NCBI GenBank assembly: GCA_964243125.1
Contig: CAXTEP010000002.1
Coordinates: 2,655-63,696, forward strand
Source of the DNA: an uncultured Lichenihabitans sp.
Lineage (GTDB): Bacteria; Pseudomonadota; Alphaproteobacteria; Rhizobiales; Beijerinckiaceae
DNA: 61,042 nt
Direction: 5' to 3'
Shown here one piece after another: positions 38,916 to 49,200 of this stretch. How positions within the stretch are numbered: the first letter of the stretch is position 1; every line of letters starts with the position of its first letter. The notes under the pieces are model-generated. The model ran no database searches and was not told the origin of the DNA. It saw only the letters and a program-made list of their open reading frames with translations. The position numbers and the translations under genes were made by a program.

Positions 38916-39112
38916 GACCCTACTCCTGCTGCACCCGTGCCTCGAACTCAACAGGACAGCCTTGCGCGGGCCTGTTTGCCGGCCGGGGCGCCCACCTTCG
39001 GACCGGCGTCGCGCCCGGCCCCGGATTGGCGTCAGCCTGGGGCAAGCGCGGCGGCTCAGGCTGGTTGACGTGGGCCGCCCTGGGGAGCCCGCGGCCAAGG
39101 GGGCGTCTGCCG

Positions 39113-39838
39113 GTGCAGTCCAATTTCTACGTCGGCCTGTCGGGGCAGCTCGCGATCGAGAAGCGCCTGCAAACGGTGGCCAACAACGTGGCCAACATCA
39201 ACACGGCCGGATTCCGGGCCGACGGCGTCACCTTCGACACCGTGCTGTCGAGCGCCGGCGCCGACCCGGTCGCGTTCAGCAGCGAAGGCACGAACTTCAT
39301 CTCGCGGCGGGCCGGCGAGATCACCAAGACCGACAACCCGCTCGACGTGGCGGTGCAGGGCGACGCCTGGCTCGGCATCAAGACCCCCGCCGGGGTGGCC
39401 TACACGCACGACGGCCGCATGAAGATCAGCGCCTCGGGCGAGGTCCGCACGCTCGCCGACAACCCGGTGCTCGACGCCGGCGGATCCTCCCTGGTGCTGG
39501 ACCCGAACGCGGGGCCGCCCACCATCGCGGCCGACGGCATGCTGACCCAGGGCGGCCGGCAGGTCGGCGCCATCGGGCTGTTCGCCATCGACCCCGCCGC
39601 CACCCTCACCCGGGCCAGCAATTCCGCCGTGATCCCCGACAAGGCCGCGACCCCGATCCTGGACTTCACCTCGAGCGGGGTCGCGCAGGGCTTCGTGGAA
39701 GGCTCCAACGTCAACCCGGTGCTGGAAATCTCCAAGCTGATCGAGATCCAGCACGCGCTCGAGAACATGACGGCCACCAACCAGCAGGCCGACGCCTCGC
39801 TCCAGGACGCCATCAAGACGTTGGGAACCAACGCGTGA
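39113..39838 (+). CDS. flgF: Flagellar basal-body rod protein FlgF
   Basis: [45 protein letters not shown]. Confidence 0.92.
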   Translation: MQSNFYVGLSGQLAIEKRLQTVANNVANINTAGFRADGVTFDTVLSSAGADPVAFSSEGTNFISRRAGEITKTDNPLDVAVQGDAWLGIKTPAGVAYTHDGRMKISASGEVRTLADNPVLDAGGSSLVLDPNAGPPTIAADGMLTQGGRQVGAIGLFAIDPAATLTRASNSAVIPDKAATPILDFTSSGVAQGFVEGSNVNPVLEISKLIEIQHALENMTATNQQADASLQDAIKTLGTNA

Positions 39839-39869
39839 GGCGCGGGCCGGGACGGCCGGGGGCTCCGTC

Positions 39870-41195
39870 GTGAACGCCCTCCAGCATCTCGCCCGCGGGG
39901 TCCGCTCCGCCCTGGCGGGCATGCCCCGCCTGGAAATGGCGGGCCTCGTCACCGAGGTGACGCCGACCGCCTACCGGGTCAGCGGGCTGTCGCCCTTCGT
40001 GCAGCTCGGCGACGCCGTGGCGTTCGACGTGGACGGCGCCCCCCAGGCGGGCGAGATCGTCCGGGTCGAACGGGACCACGCGACCGTAAAACCCTTCGGC
40101 AGCCGCATCGACGCTCGGCTCGGCATGAGCGTGCGGCGGCGCGGGCCCTTCAACGTCGCCCCGGACGCGAGCTGGAAGGGTCGCGTCGTGAACGCGCTCG
40201 GCGAACCGGTGGACGGGCTGGGGCCGCTGGCTACGGGCACCACCAGCGCCAAATCGGACAGAGAAGCGCCCGCGGCTCTGCGGCGCGCCCGCGTCCAGGG
40301 CCCGCTGCGGACCGGGATCCGGGTGATCGACATTTTCTGCCCGATCTGCGCGGGCCAGCGCATCGGCATTTTCGCGGGCTCGGGCATCGGCAAGTCGACC
40401 ATGCTGGCCATGCTGGCGAGCTGCGCGGGCTTCGACTCGGTGGTGATCGCGCTGGTGGGCGAGCGCGGCCGCGAGGTCCGGGAGTTCATCGAGGAGTCGC
40501 TCGGGCCCAACCGGCAGCGGGCCGTCACCGTGGTGGCCACGGGCGACGAGAGCCCGATGATGCGCCGCCGGGCACCGCAAACCGCCATGAGCATCGCCGA
40601 AACCTTCCGCGACCGCGGCGACGCCGTGCTGCTGATCGTCGATTCGGTGACGCGGTTCGCCCACGCGGCCCGCGACGTGGCGCTGTCGACGGGCGAGCCC
40701 GCGGTGGCGCGGGGCTACGCGCCCAGCGTGTTCAGCGACCTGCCCAAGCTGCTCGAGCGCTCGGGGCCGGGCCTCGAAGGTACGGGCAGCATCACGGGCA
40801 TCTTCTCGGTGCTGGTCGACGGCGACGACCACAACGATCCCGTGGCCGACACGATCCGGGGCACGCTCGACGGCCACATCGTGCTCGACCGCAAGATCGC
40901 GGCGCAGGGCCGCTACCCGGCCGTGGACGTGCTACAATCGCTGTCGCGCCTCGCCGGCCAGGTGTGGACGCCCGAGCAGAAGGTGCTGGTGGGCAAGCTG
41001 CGCGAGATGATCGCCCGGTTCGAGGACACGCGCGACCTGCGCGCCATGGGGGCCTACCACGCGGGCAGCGACCCCGAGCTCGACCAGGCGGTGGTGCTGG
41101 TCCCCCGCATCTACGAGGCGCTGGCCCAGGATCCCGCGAGCCCGCCCAGCGAGGACGCGTTTCGCGACCTCGCCAACGGGCTGCAGCGACGGTGA
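39870..41195 (+). CDS. fliI: Flagellum-specific ATPase FliI
   Basis: GIFAGSGIGKST (Walker A), GERGREVREF, LLIVDSVTRFA, IRGTLDGHIVL. Confidence 0.95.
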   Translation: MNALQHLARGVRSALAGMPRLEMAGLVTEVTPTAYRVSGLSPFVQLGDAVAFDVDGAPQAGEIVRVERDHATVKPFGSRIDARLGMSVRRRGPFNVAPDASWKGRVVNALGEPVDGLGPLATGTTSAKSDREAPAALRRARVQGPLRTGIRVIDIFCPICAGQRIGIFAGSGIGKSTMLAMLASCAGFDSVVIALVGERGREVREFIEESLGPNRQRAVTVVATGDESPMMRRRAPQTAMSIAETFRDRGDAVLLIVDSVTRFAHAARDVALSTGEPAVARGYAPSVFSDLPKLLERSGPGLEGTGSITGIFSVLVDGDDHNDPVADTIRGTLDGHIVLDRKIAAQGRYPAVDVLQSLSRLAGQVWTPEQKVLVGKLREMIARFEDTRDLRAMGAYHAGSDPELDQAVVLVPRIYEALAQDPASPPSEDAFRDLANGLQRR

Positions 41196-41749
41196 GGGTC
41201 ATCGCGGGACCGGAACGGCCGCTCGCGCCGCAGCGGCTCGGCACGGATTGGATCTGGGGCGGACTGGGCCTGGGCTGCGCGCTCGCCTCGGCGTCGTTCG
41301 CGTTCTACATGGCGGCGGTCGGCCCGCCCGCGCACGGGCCCGGCGGCGATCCGGATTTCGGCATCTTCGCCCGCGCCGACGGCCGGTCGCGCGACCAGGT
41401 CGCCCCGGCCGAGACCGGCGGCCCTCCGGCGGCCGGCGAAGCGCCGGCGCAGCCCGGCCGTGCCCCGGGCATCGATCTCACCCCGACCGGCTCGATCGCG
41501 GACGCGCGGTCGAGCCTCTACGGACCCGACCACGCGGGAGCCGGGCGCGAGCAGCCCGCGTGGCTGCGCGACTACGCGGTGCGCGACGTGTTCGACGGCA
41601 AGGCGCTGGTGGAAGCCCGCAGCACGCTGCAGCTCGTCGAGCCGGGGACGGTGCTGGAGGGCGTCGGCCGGGTGACCGCCATCGAGCGGCAGGACGGCGC
41701 GTGGGTGGTGGTGACGACCGGCGGAACGATCGGCGGCGCGGCGCCCTAG
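41192..41749 (+). CDS. Hypothetical membrane-anchored protein downstream of fliI
   Basis: One TM helix, D-x-TPTGSI motif, C-terminal beta domain (GKALVE..GTVLEGVGRVTAIERQDGAWVVVT); GTGA overlap with fliI. Confidence 0.7.
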   Translation: MRVIAGPERPLAPQRLGTDWIWGGLGLGCALASASFAFYMAAVGPPAHGPGGDPDFGIFARADGRSRDQVAPAETGGPPAAGEAPAQPGRAPGIDLTPTGSIADARSSLYGPDHAGAGREQPAWLRDYAVRDVFDGKALVEARSTLQLVEPGTVLEGVGRVTAIERQDGAWVVVTTGGTIGGAAP

Positions 41750-41805
41750 CCCTGAGGCCGACCGGGCGCGCGAGGTGCAGCCGGTCGCGACCCGCGCGGT
41801 TTCAG

Positions 41806-41842
41806 TTAAGCCCGCGTGAACCAACGGGGCCGTCGGGGCGTA
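41806..41842 (+). promoter_or_regulatory. Putative rpoH2 promoter: EcfG-like element overlapping a CtrA-like box
   Basis: TTAA-N7-TGAAC (41806-41821) and TGAAC-N17-CGTA (41817-41842). Confidence 0.35.
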
Positions 41843-41867
41843 TCCATCGCAGCGTGAGGAGACCTTG

Positions 41868-42740
41868 ATGCTGCAGATGGCCGGTGTCCGACGACAGTTC
41901 GTCAAGGCCGCGATGTCGGCCAAGTTCCTCGAACGCGAGGAGGAACGCGTCCTGGCGGTGAGCTGGAAGGAGCGCGGTGACGAAGCGGCCCTTCACGAGC
42001 TCGCGGGCGCCCACATGCGGCTGGTGATCGCCCTCGCGTCGCGCTTCCGACACTACGGCCTGCCGCTGGCCGACCTGATCCAGGAGGGGCACGTCGGCCT
42101 GCTGGAGGCCGCGGCGCGGTTCGAGCCGGAGCGCGAGGTGCGCTTCTCCACCTACGCGACGTGGTGGATCAGGGCCTCGATCCAGGATTACATCCTGCGC
42201 AACTGGTCCATCGTGAGGGGCGGAACGAGTTCGGCCCAGAAGGCGCTGTTCTTCAATCTCCGGCGCTTGCGCGCCAAACTGTCCCAGAGCCCGACGGCCG
42301 GCGGCAACGCGGCCATGTTCCGCACCATCGCGATGGCGATCGGGGTGAGCCCCGCCGACGTGGAGCTCATGGACACGCGCCTGTCGGGGTCGGACGTGTC
42401 GCTCAACGCGCCCATCACGGAAAGCGACTCGTCCGGACCGGCCGAGCGCGTCGACTTCCTGGTCGACGACAAGCCGCTGCCCGACGAGACCGTCGGCGAC
42501 CAAATCGACGGCGACCGCCGCGTCACGTGGCTGAACGACGCCCTGCAGGTCCTGTCCGAGCGCGAATTGCGGATCCTGCGCGAGCGGCGGCTGACCGAGG
42601 ATGCTGCGACCCTGGAATCGCTCGGCGAGCGGCTCGGCATTTCCAAGGAGCGCGTGCGGCAGATCGAGAGCCGCGCCATGGAGAAGCTGCGCAAGGCGCT
42701 GAACGGGTTCGGCGGAGCCGCGCAGGCCCAGATCGGCTGA
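41868..42740 (+). CDS. rpoH: RNA polymerase sigma-32 factor (RpoH2-type)
   Basis: DLIQEG, RFSTYATWWIRA, ILRNWSIVR, QKALFFNLR RpoH box, ISKERVRQIE; GAGGAG RBS. Confidence 0.92.
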   Translation: MLQMAGVRRQFVKAAMSAKFLEREEERVLAVSWKERGDEAALHELAGAHMRLVIALASRFRHYGLPLADLIQEGHVGLLEAAARFEPEREVRFSTYATWWIRASIQDYILRNWSIVRGGTSSAQKALFFNLRRLRAKLSQSPTAGGNAAMFRTIAMAIGVSPADVELMDTRLSGSDVSLNAPITESDSSGPAERVDFLVDDKPLPDETVGDQIDGDRRVTWLNDALQVLSERELRILRERRLTEDAATLESLGERLGISKERVRQIESRAMEKLRKALNGFGGAAQAQIG

Positions 42741-42842
42741 ACCGCCCGCGGCGGGTCGGTCCCACCCGGAGCACCGCCCTGGCAAGATGCGCGTCGACCC
42801 GCTAGATCAGGGGCCGCTCACTCCCTGGTTCGACCCTGCCCC

Positions 42843-44048
42843 ATGACGGACGCGTTCACGAACTCCCTGGGCGTCGCCAAGCAGCCCGCCGACACGCGCG
42901 TCGTGGTGGCGATGTCGGGCGGCGTCGATTCCTCGGTGGTGGCCGCGAGCCTCGCGGCCGAGGGCTACGAGGTCATCGGGATCACGCTGCAGCTCTACGA
43001 TCACGGCACCGCCGTGGGTCGCGCCGGCACGTGCTGCGCGGGCCGCGACATCGGCGACGCGCGCGACGTGGCGGCCCGGCTCGGCATCCCCCACTACGTC
43101 CTCGACTACGAGAGCCGCTTCAAGGCTAAGGTGATCGACGCCTTCGCGGACGCCTATCTGGCGGGCGAGACGCCCATCCCCTGCGTGAGCTGCAACCGGC
43201 ACATCAAGTTCGCCGACCTGTTCGACACCGCGCGCGACCTCGGGGCCGACGTTCTCGCGACCGGGCATTACGTGGCGTCGCGCCCGGTCCGGGACGGCCG
43301 CGCCCTGTTCCGGGCGCGCGACGCCGCCCGCGACCAGAGCTATTTCCTGTTCGCGACCACCCGCGAGCAACTGGCCCTGCTGCGGTTTCCCCTCGGCGAG
43401 CTCGCGAAATCCGAGGTGCGGGATCTGGCGCGGCGGTTCGGGCTCGCGGTGGCCGAGAAGCCCGACAGCCAGGACATCTGCTTCGTGCCCCAGGGCCGCT
43501 ATTCGGACCTGATCGCCAAGCTGAGGCCCGAGGCCGCCGCGGGTGGCGACATCGTCGATCTCGATGGCCGGGTGCTCGGCCGCCACGCGGGCGTCTTCAA
43601 CTACACGGTCGGCCAGCGGCGCGGGCTGGGTCTCGCGGCCTCCGCCGAACCGCGGGCCGAACCGCTCTACGTGGTGAAGCTCGACGCTGCCCGGGCCAGG
43701 GTCGTGGTGGGGCCGCGCGAGGCTCTGGCGACCCGCACGGTGCGCTTGCGCGAGCTCAACTGGATCGGTCCGGCCACGTTCGAGGCCGCCGCGGCCGACG
43801 GGATCGCGGTGGCGGCGCGACTGCGCTCCACGCGGACCCCGGTTCTCGCCCTGCTGCGCGTCGCGGACGGACATCCGGAGGTGGACCTGCTGCGGCCCGA
43901 GGACGGCGTGTCGCCCGGCCAGGCCTGCGTGTTGTATGATTCCGACCGCCCGGACGCGCGCGTCCTGGGGGGCGGCACGATCGCCGCGACCGCGACGGCC
44001 CGCGCGCCGCGCCGGCCCGCCGCGGACCGCGTGGCCGTGAACGGATGA
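42843..44048 (+). CDS. mnmA: tRNA 2-thiouridine(34) synthase MnmA
   Basis: [54 protein letters not shown]. Confidence 0.96.
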   Translation: MTDAFTNSLGVAKQPADTRVVVAMSGGVDSSVVAASLAAEGYEVIGITLQLYDHGTAVGRAGTCCAGRDIGDARDVAARLGIPHYVLDYESRFKAKVIDAFADAYLAGETPIPCVSCNRHIKFADLFDTARDLGADVLATGHYVASRPVRDGRALFRARDAARDQSYFLFATTREQLALLRFPLGELAKSEVRDLARRFGLAVAEKPDSQDICFVPQGRYSDLIAKLRPEAAAGGDIVDLDGRVLGRHAGVFNYTVGQRRGLGLAASAEPRAEPLYVVKLDAARARVVVGPREALATRTVRLRELNWIGPATFEAAAADGIAVAARLRSTRTPVLALLRVADGHPEVDLLRPEDGVSPGQACVLYDSDRPDARVLGGGTIAATATARAPRRPAADRVAVNG

Positions 44049-44710
44049 GCCGGCCGGCCACGCTGGATCGCGGCACGATCAGCGATGCCGCGCAGGTGGT
44101 GTCGGCCTACGCGCGCTGGGCGCCGGTCTACGACCTCGCCTTCGCGGCCGTCATGAAGGCGGGGCGCCGGGCCGCCGTGGCGGCCGCGGCTTCCGCCGGT
44201 TCCCGCATCCTCGACGTCGGGGTCGGCACCGGGCTCGAACTGTCCATGTTTCCGCCGACCGTCCAGGTCACCGGCATCGACCTCGCGGCCGCCATGCTGC
44301 GCCGCGCCGGCGACCGCGTGCGCCGCGAAACCCTGACCCAGGTGGCGGGCCTGTCGGTCATGGACGCGACCCGCATGGCCTTCGCGGACGACACGTTCGA
44401 CGCCGCCGTGGTGCCTTTCGTGCTGACCGTGGTGCCCGATCCGCACGCCATGCTGGACGAGGTGACGCGCGTGGTCGGCCCAGGCGGCACCATCGTGCTG
44501 GTCAACCATTTCGGGGCCGAGCGGGGACCGCTGGTGCCGGTCGAGGCTTGGCTCGGCCGCCGCAGCGCGGCGCTCGGCTGGCACCCGCAGTTCCCGTTCG
44601 CGATCCTGGGCGACTGGGTGGCGGCTCGGCCGGACGTGACCCTGGTGGAGCGGCGCCCGGTCGCGCCCCTCGGGCTGTTTCAGGTGGTGCGTCTCCGCAA
44701 GGCGGGTTAG
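44045..44710 (+). CDS. pmtA: Phospholipid N-methyltransferase (PmtA-like class I SAM methyltransferase)
   Basis: [33 protein letters not shown]; ATGA overlap with mnmA. Confidence 0.72.
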   Translation: MSRPATLDRGTISDAAQVVSAYARWAPVYDLAFAAVMKAGRRAAVAAAASAGSRILDVGVGTGLELSMFPPTVQVTGIDLAAAMLRRAGDRVRRETLTQVAGLSVMDATRMAFADDTFDAAVVPFVLTVVPDPHAMLDEVTRVVGPGGTIVLVNHFGAERGPLVPVEAWLGRRSAALGWHPQFPFAILGDWVAARPDVTLVERRPVAPLGLFQVVRLRKAG

Positions 44711-44718
44711 GCTCGCGC

Positions 44719-46137
44719 ATGAGCGCCGCACCCGTCCTTCCACCCTTGCGCGATCGTCCGCCGCGAGCCGCCGTCGAGGCCGTGGTGGCCCGCCTCGGCG
44801 AGCGGTTCGGCAACCGCCTCCAGACCGGCGGCGCGGCGCGGGACCAGCACGCCAGCACGCTGACCTTTCTGCCCGCCCAGGCGCCCGACGCCGTGGTGTT
44901 CCCCGACGACGCCGCCGAGGTCGCGACGGTGGTGACGCTCTGCGTCGAGGGTAACGTGCCCGTGATCCCCTACGGGACCGGCACCTCGTTCGAGGGCCAG
45001 GTCAACGCCCCGTTCGGGGGCGTCTGCGTCGACCTGTCCCGCATGAACCGCGTCCTGGCGGTTCACGCCGAGGACCTCGACTGCGTGGTCGAACCCGGCG
45101 TGACCCGCAAGGCGCTCAACGCGCACCTGCGGGACGCGGGCCTGTTCTTCCCCGTCGACCCGGGCGCCGACGCGTCCATCGGCGGCATGGCGTCGACCCG
45201 CGCGTCGGGCACCAATGCGGTGCGCTACGGCACCATGAAGGACAGCGTACTGGCCCTGCAGGTCGTGCTGGCCTCGGGGGCCGTCATCGACACGGCGCGC
45301 CGGGCCCGCAAGTCGGCGGCCGGCTACGACCTGACGCGGCTGATGGTGGGGGCCGAGGGGACGCTCGGGATCATCACCGCCGTGACCCTGCGGCTCAGCG
45401 GCATCCCCGAAGCGGTGTCGGCCGGGGTCTGCCCGTTCGGAAGCGTCGAAGCGGCCTGCAACGCCACGATCGCCACGATCCAGTCCGGCATTCCCGTAGC
45501 CCGCATCGAACTGGTCGACGCCCTCCAGGCCCATGCCATCAACCTGCATGCCCGGCTCGACCTGCCCGAGGTGCCGCACCTGTTCGTCGAGTTCCACGGC
45601 ACCCCCGCGGGCGCGGCCGAACAGGCCGAACGGTTCGGAACCATCGCGGCCGAGTTCGAGGGCGGGCCGTTCGCCTGGGCGATCCAGCCCGAGGAGCGGT
45701 CCCGGCTGTGGCAGGCGCGGCACGACGCCTACTGGTCGGGCTTCGCGCTGCGGCCCGGCGCCAAATCGATCGCCACCGACGTGTGCGTGCCGATCTCGCG
45801 GCTGGCCGCCTGCGTGACCGCCACCCAGGCCGACCTCGCCGACAGCGCGCTGGTGGGCCCCATCGTGGGCCACGTGGGCGACGGCAACTTCCACGTCCAG
45901 CTGATGATCGACGCTGGAGACGCCGCCGAGGTCGCCCGGGCCGAGGCCTTCATGGAGCGCCTCGTCCACCGCGCGCTCGCCATGGACGGCACCTGCTCGG
46001 GCGAGCACGGCGTGGGACAGCGCAAGGCCAAGTACCTGAAGGCCGAGCATCCGGCCGGCGCGCTCGACGCCATGCGGGCCATCAAGCAGGCGCTCGACCC
46101 CGGCAACATCATGAACCCGGGCAAGATGATCGCCTGA
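44719..46137 (+). CDS. FAD-linked oxidase / D-lactate dehydrogenase (GlcD family)
   Basis: GTGTSFEG, FFPVDPGADASIGGM, ARKSAAGYDLT, GHVGDGNFH, GEHGVG, IMNPGK. Confidence 0.88.
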   Translation: MSAAPVLPPLRDRPPRAAVEAVVARLGERFGNRLQTGGAARDQHASTLTFLPAQAPDAVVFPDDAAEVATVVTLCVEGNVPVIPYGTGTSFEGQVNAPFGGVCVDLSRMNRVLAVHAEDLDCVVEPGVTRKALNAHLRDAGLFFPVDPGADASIGGMASTRASGTNAVRYGTMKDSVLALQVVLASGAVIDTARRARKSAAGYDLTRLMVGAEGTLGIITAVTLRLSGIPEAVSAGVCPFGSVEAACNATIATIQSGIPVARIELVDALQAHAINLHARLDLPEVPHLFVEFHGTPAGAAEQAERFGTIAAEFEGGPFAWAIQPEERSRLWQARHDAYWSGFALRPGAKSIATDVCVPISRLAACVTATQADLADSALVGPIVGHVGDGNFHVQLMIDAGDAAEVARAEAFMERLVHRALAMDGTCSGEHGVGQRKAKYLKAEHPAGALDAMRAIKQALDPGNIMNPGKMIA

Positions 46138-46220
46138 CCCTGCGACGCAAAACAGCCGGTCCGCGGAGCGGAAGTTTGTTATAAGGCGCGCAGCCGTCCC
46201 TTAAACGCCACCATCGAGCC

Positions 46221-49200
46221 TTGCGCGAAAGCCTGACCGTTCTTGCCATCCTGCTGATCGTGGTGCTGACGACCGCGCTCGTGGGTCCGTATTTCATCGA
46301 CTGGAACGCCCATCGCGGCGAGGTCGAGGCGCGGTTGTCGGACCTGCTCGGGGCCAGGGTGGCGGTGGCGGGGCCGATCGACCTCAAGCTGCTGCCGCGG
46401 CCGATCCTGCGGATGCAGCAGGTGCGCTTCCAGGGCGACAAGCCCGGCGACGGCCGCCTGTCGGCCGACCGCCTCGACGTCGAGCTCACCCTGACGGCGG
46501 TGCTGCGCGGCGACATCGAGTTCGCCGACGCCGAGATCACCCGGCCCCACCTCGCCCTGACGGTCGCGCCCGACCGGTCGGTGATCCTGCCGAGCTTCGG
46601 CGCCACCCATCCGAGCCGCGTCAGCATCGTCCGGCTGACCGTCCATGACGGCACGCTGGCCTTGAACGCCGCCGACGGCACCGCGATCACCGCGCTCACG
46701 GGGCTGGAAGGGGAAGGCGACGCCGATACCCTGGCCGGGCCCTTCAAGTTCGCGGGGCACGTCGACACGCCCCGGGGCTCCCTCGACTTCCGCGTCGCGA
46801 CCGGGACCTACGAGGGCGGCCGGATGCGGCTGAAGTCGACGTTCGATCCGATGCCGGGCTTTCCCAAGACCGATGTCGAGGGCATCCTGACCCGGGCCGG
46901 GACGGCGGCGGACAGCTCGGCCGTGACGTTCGACGGCACGGTGGCGGCCAACGGCCAGCTGCCGTTCCCGGACGGATCGGCCGCGGTGCCCTGGCAGGCC
47001 AGCACCCGGCTGCACGCCGAGGCCGGCCAGGTCGCGTTCAACGACGTGAGCCTGCGCGCCGGCGCCGACGGGCGGGCCGTGATCCTGGACGGCGACGGCG
47101 TCCTGCCGCTGACCGGCGCGGTGGCGGCCCGGTTCACGCTGCGGGCGCGCGAACTCGACGCGCTCAGGCTTGCGGTGCCGACCGACCGGGACGACGCCGT
47201 GGGCGACGCCGACGCGACGGGCATCCCGCGCAAGGGAACCCTGGCGGACTTGGCCGGTCCCGTGGGGGCCCTGGCCCGGAACCCCGACGCCTTCGCGGCG
47301 CTGCCCGTGCCCGTGACGGTGGATCTGGGCGTCGGCACCGTGCTGCTCGGCCCCGAGACCCTGACGGGGGCGGGCGGCGTGCTGACCTTCGCGGCCGGGC
47401 GGCCCGTGACCGGAACCCTCGCGGTCGACGCTCCCGAGGGCACGCATCTGGGCCTGGACGGCAGTTTCGAGCCCGGCTCGGCCGCCGTGTTCAAGGGCCG
47501 CGTGCGGGTCGCGACCCGCAACGTCGCGCACTGGGCCGACGCGGTCGCGGCCGACCTGCCCGACGCCGCAGCCTGGGTCCGGTCCGTCCCGGCCAGCCGG
47601 ATCGATTTCACCGCGACCGCGGACCTGTCGAGCGTGGGGTTCGCGGCCCACGACGTGGACCTCGCGCTCGACCGGTCGCGCTTCGCCGGCACCCTGACCC
47701 TGACCCGGGCAGTCGGGGCCGAACGGCCCCGCTTCTTCGCCGACCTCACCTCCGAGGCGCTCGACCTCGATGCCCTGCCGGCGTGGCGCGGCGCCGCCGC
47801 GACCCTGTCGGGCCTCGACCTGGCCCTGACGCTGTCGGCGCGGGCGGTCCGCCTCGCCCGCACGGACCTCGGCACGGTGGAGGCGGGCCACATCACGCTG
47901 CAGCTGAGCAAGGCGGGTCCGGTGGTCACGCTCGACCGCCTGTCGCTGGCCGACCTCGGTGGCGCCACGGCGGAACTGGCGGGGCGCAGCGACGGAAGGA
48001 TGGCCCACGCGGCGGGACGGTTCGACGTCCGCAAGCTGGCCGACCTCGCGGCCCTGATCGACCGGATCGCGCCCGGACCCGTCACGGACGCGCTCGCGGC
48101 CCGGGCCGACGTCCTGTCCCCGGCCCTGCTCCAGGTGGCGGCCGACGCGGTCGTCGAGGCGGACGGCACGATGCGCCCCACCGCCGTGACGGTGGACGGA
48201 ACCGCCGCTGGCACCCGCGTGTCGCTGCGTCTGCAGCCCGAGCGGAGCCTGGTTCAGCCCGGCGGCGGACCGGTGCCGCTCCGGGCCGGGCAGGACCCGT
48301 TCGCGGTCGCCCTGACCCTGGACGCCGCGGAGTCGGGCGCGCTGCTGCGGCAGCTGGGCCTCGTCACCCCGCCCGCCACCGCGATCGGCCACGGACGCGT
48401 CGCGGCCAGCGCCCGCTTGAACGCCGCCGGCGCCCTGGACGGGATCGCGGCCGAGGCGCAGCTGGGCGACACGGCGCTGAGCTTCAAGGGGCGGGGCGGT
48501 CCCGGGCCCGCCGGGTTCGGTCGCCTGGGCATCCGCGGGCCGAACCTCGCCCCGGTCCTGCGCGCCCTGTCGATCGCCAGCCCGGCGCCCGGGGCGGCCT
48601 GGCCGGTGGAGGCCGAAGCCGACCTGACCTGGCGCGACGGCCGCCTCGTCGCCACGGGCCTCGCGGGCCGGCTGATCGGCACGGCGTTCAGCGGCAGCCT
48701 CGCTTACGCGGCGGGCGGCGTGACGGCCGGACCGGGCGGGATCGCGGTCCCGCAGACCCCGGCGGCCCTGACCGGAACCTTGAAGGTCGACCAGTTGTCG
48801 CTGCCCGTCCTGGTCGGCCTCGCGCTCGGTCCCGTGCCGCAGCCCAAGGCCGGGGCGGTCTGGCCCGACGCGCCCTTCGCGCAAGCCTTTCTCACCCTGC
48901 CCAGGACCGAACTGGCCCTCACGGTGCCGGCCCTGGCCTGGAGCCCCGACGCGGTGCTGCGCAACGCTCGGATGACGCTTCGCCTGGCGCCGGGGCTCGT
49001 GACCCTGGCCGACATGGCGGCCGGCCTCGGCCGGGACGGCAGCCTGGACGGCACGCTGGCGGTGCGGCGCGACGGCGCCGCCGCGTCCGTGGCCGGACAT
49101 CTCGCCTGGACGGGGCTTCCGCTCACGAGCCCGAGCCTGAACGGCCGCAGCCAGGGCCGGCTCGACTTCGCCGGCACCGGCGGCAGCGTGGCGGCCCTGG

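Noticed and set aside
42805-42842. GGTTCGACC T-loop-like sequence upstream of mnmA as a tRNA
   Set aside because: No D-arm, anticodon arm or acceptor stem can be built around it
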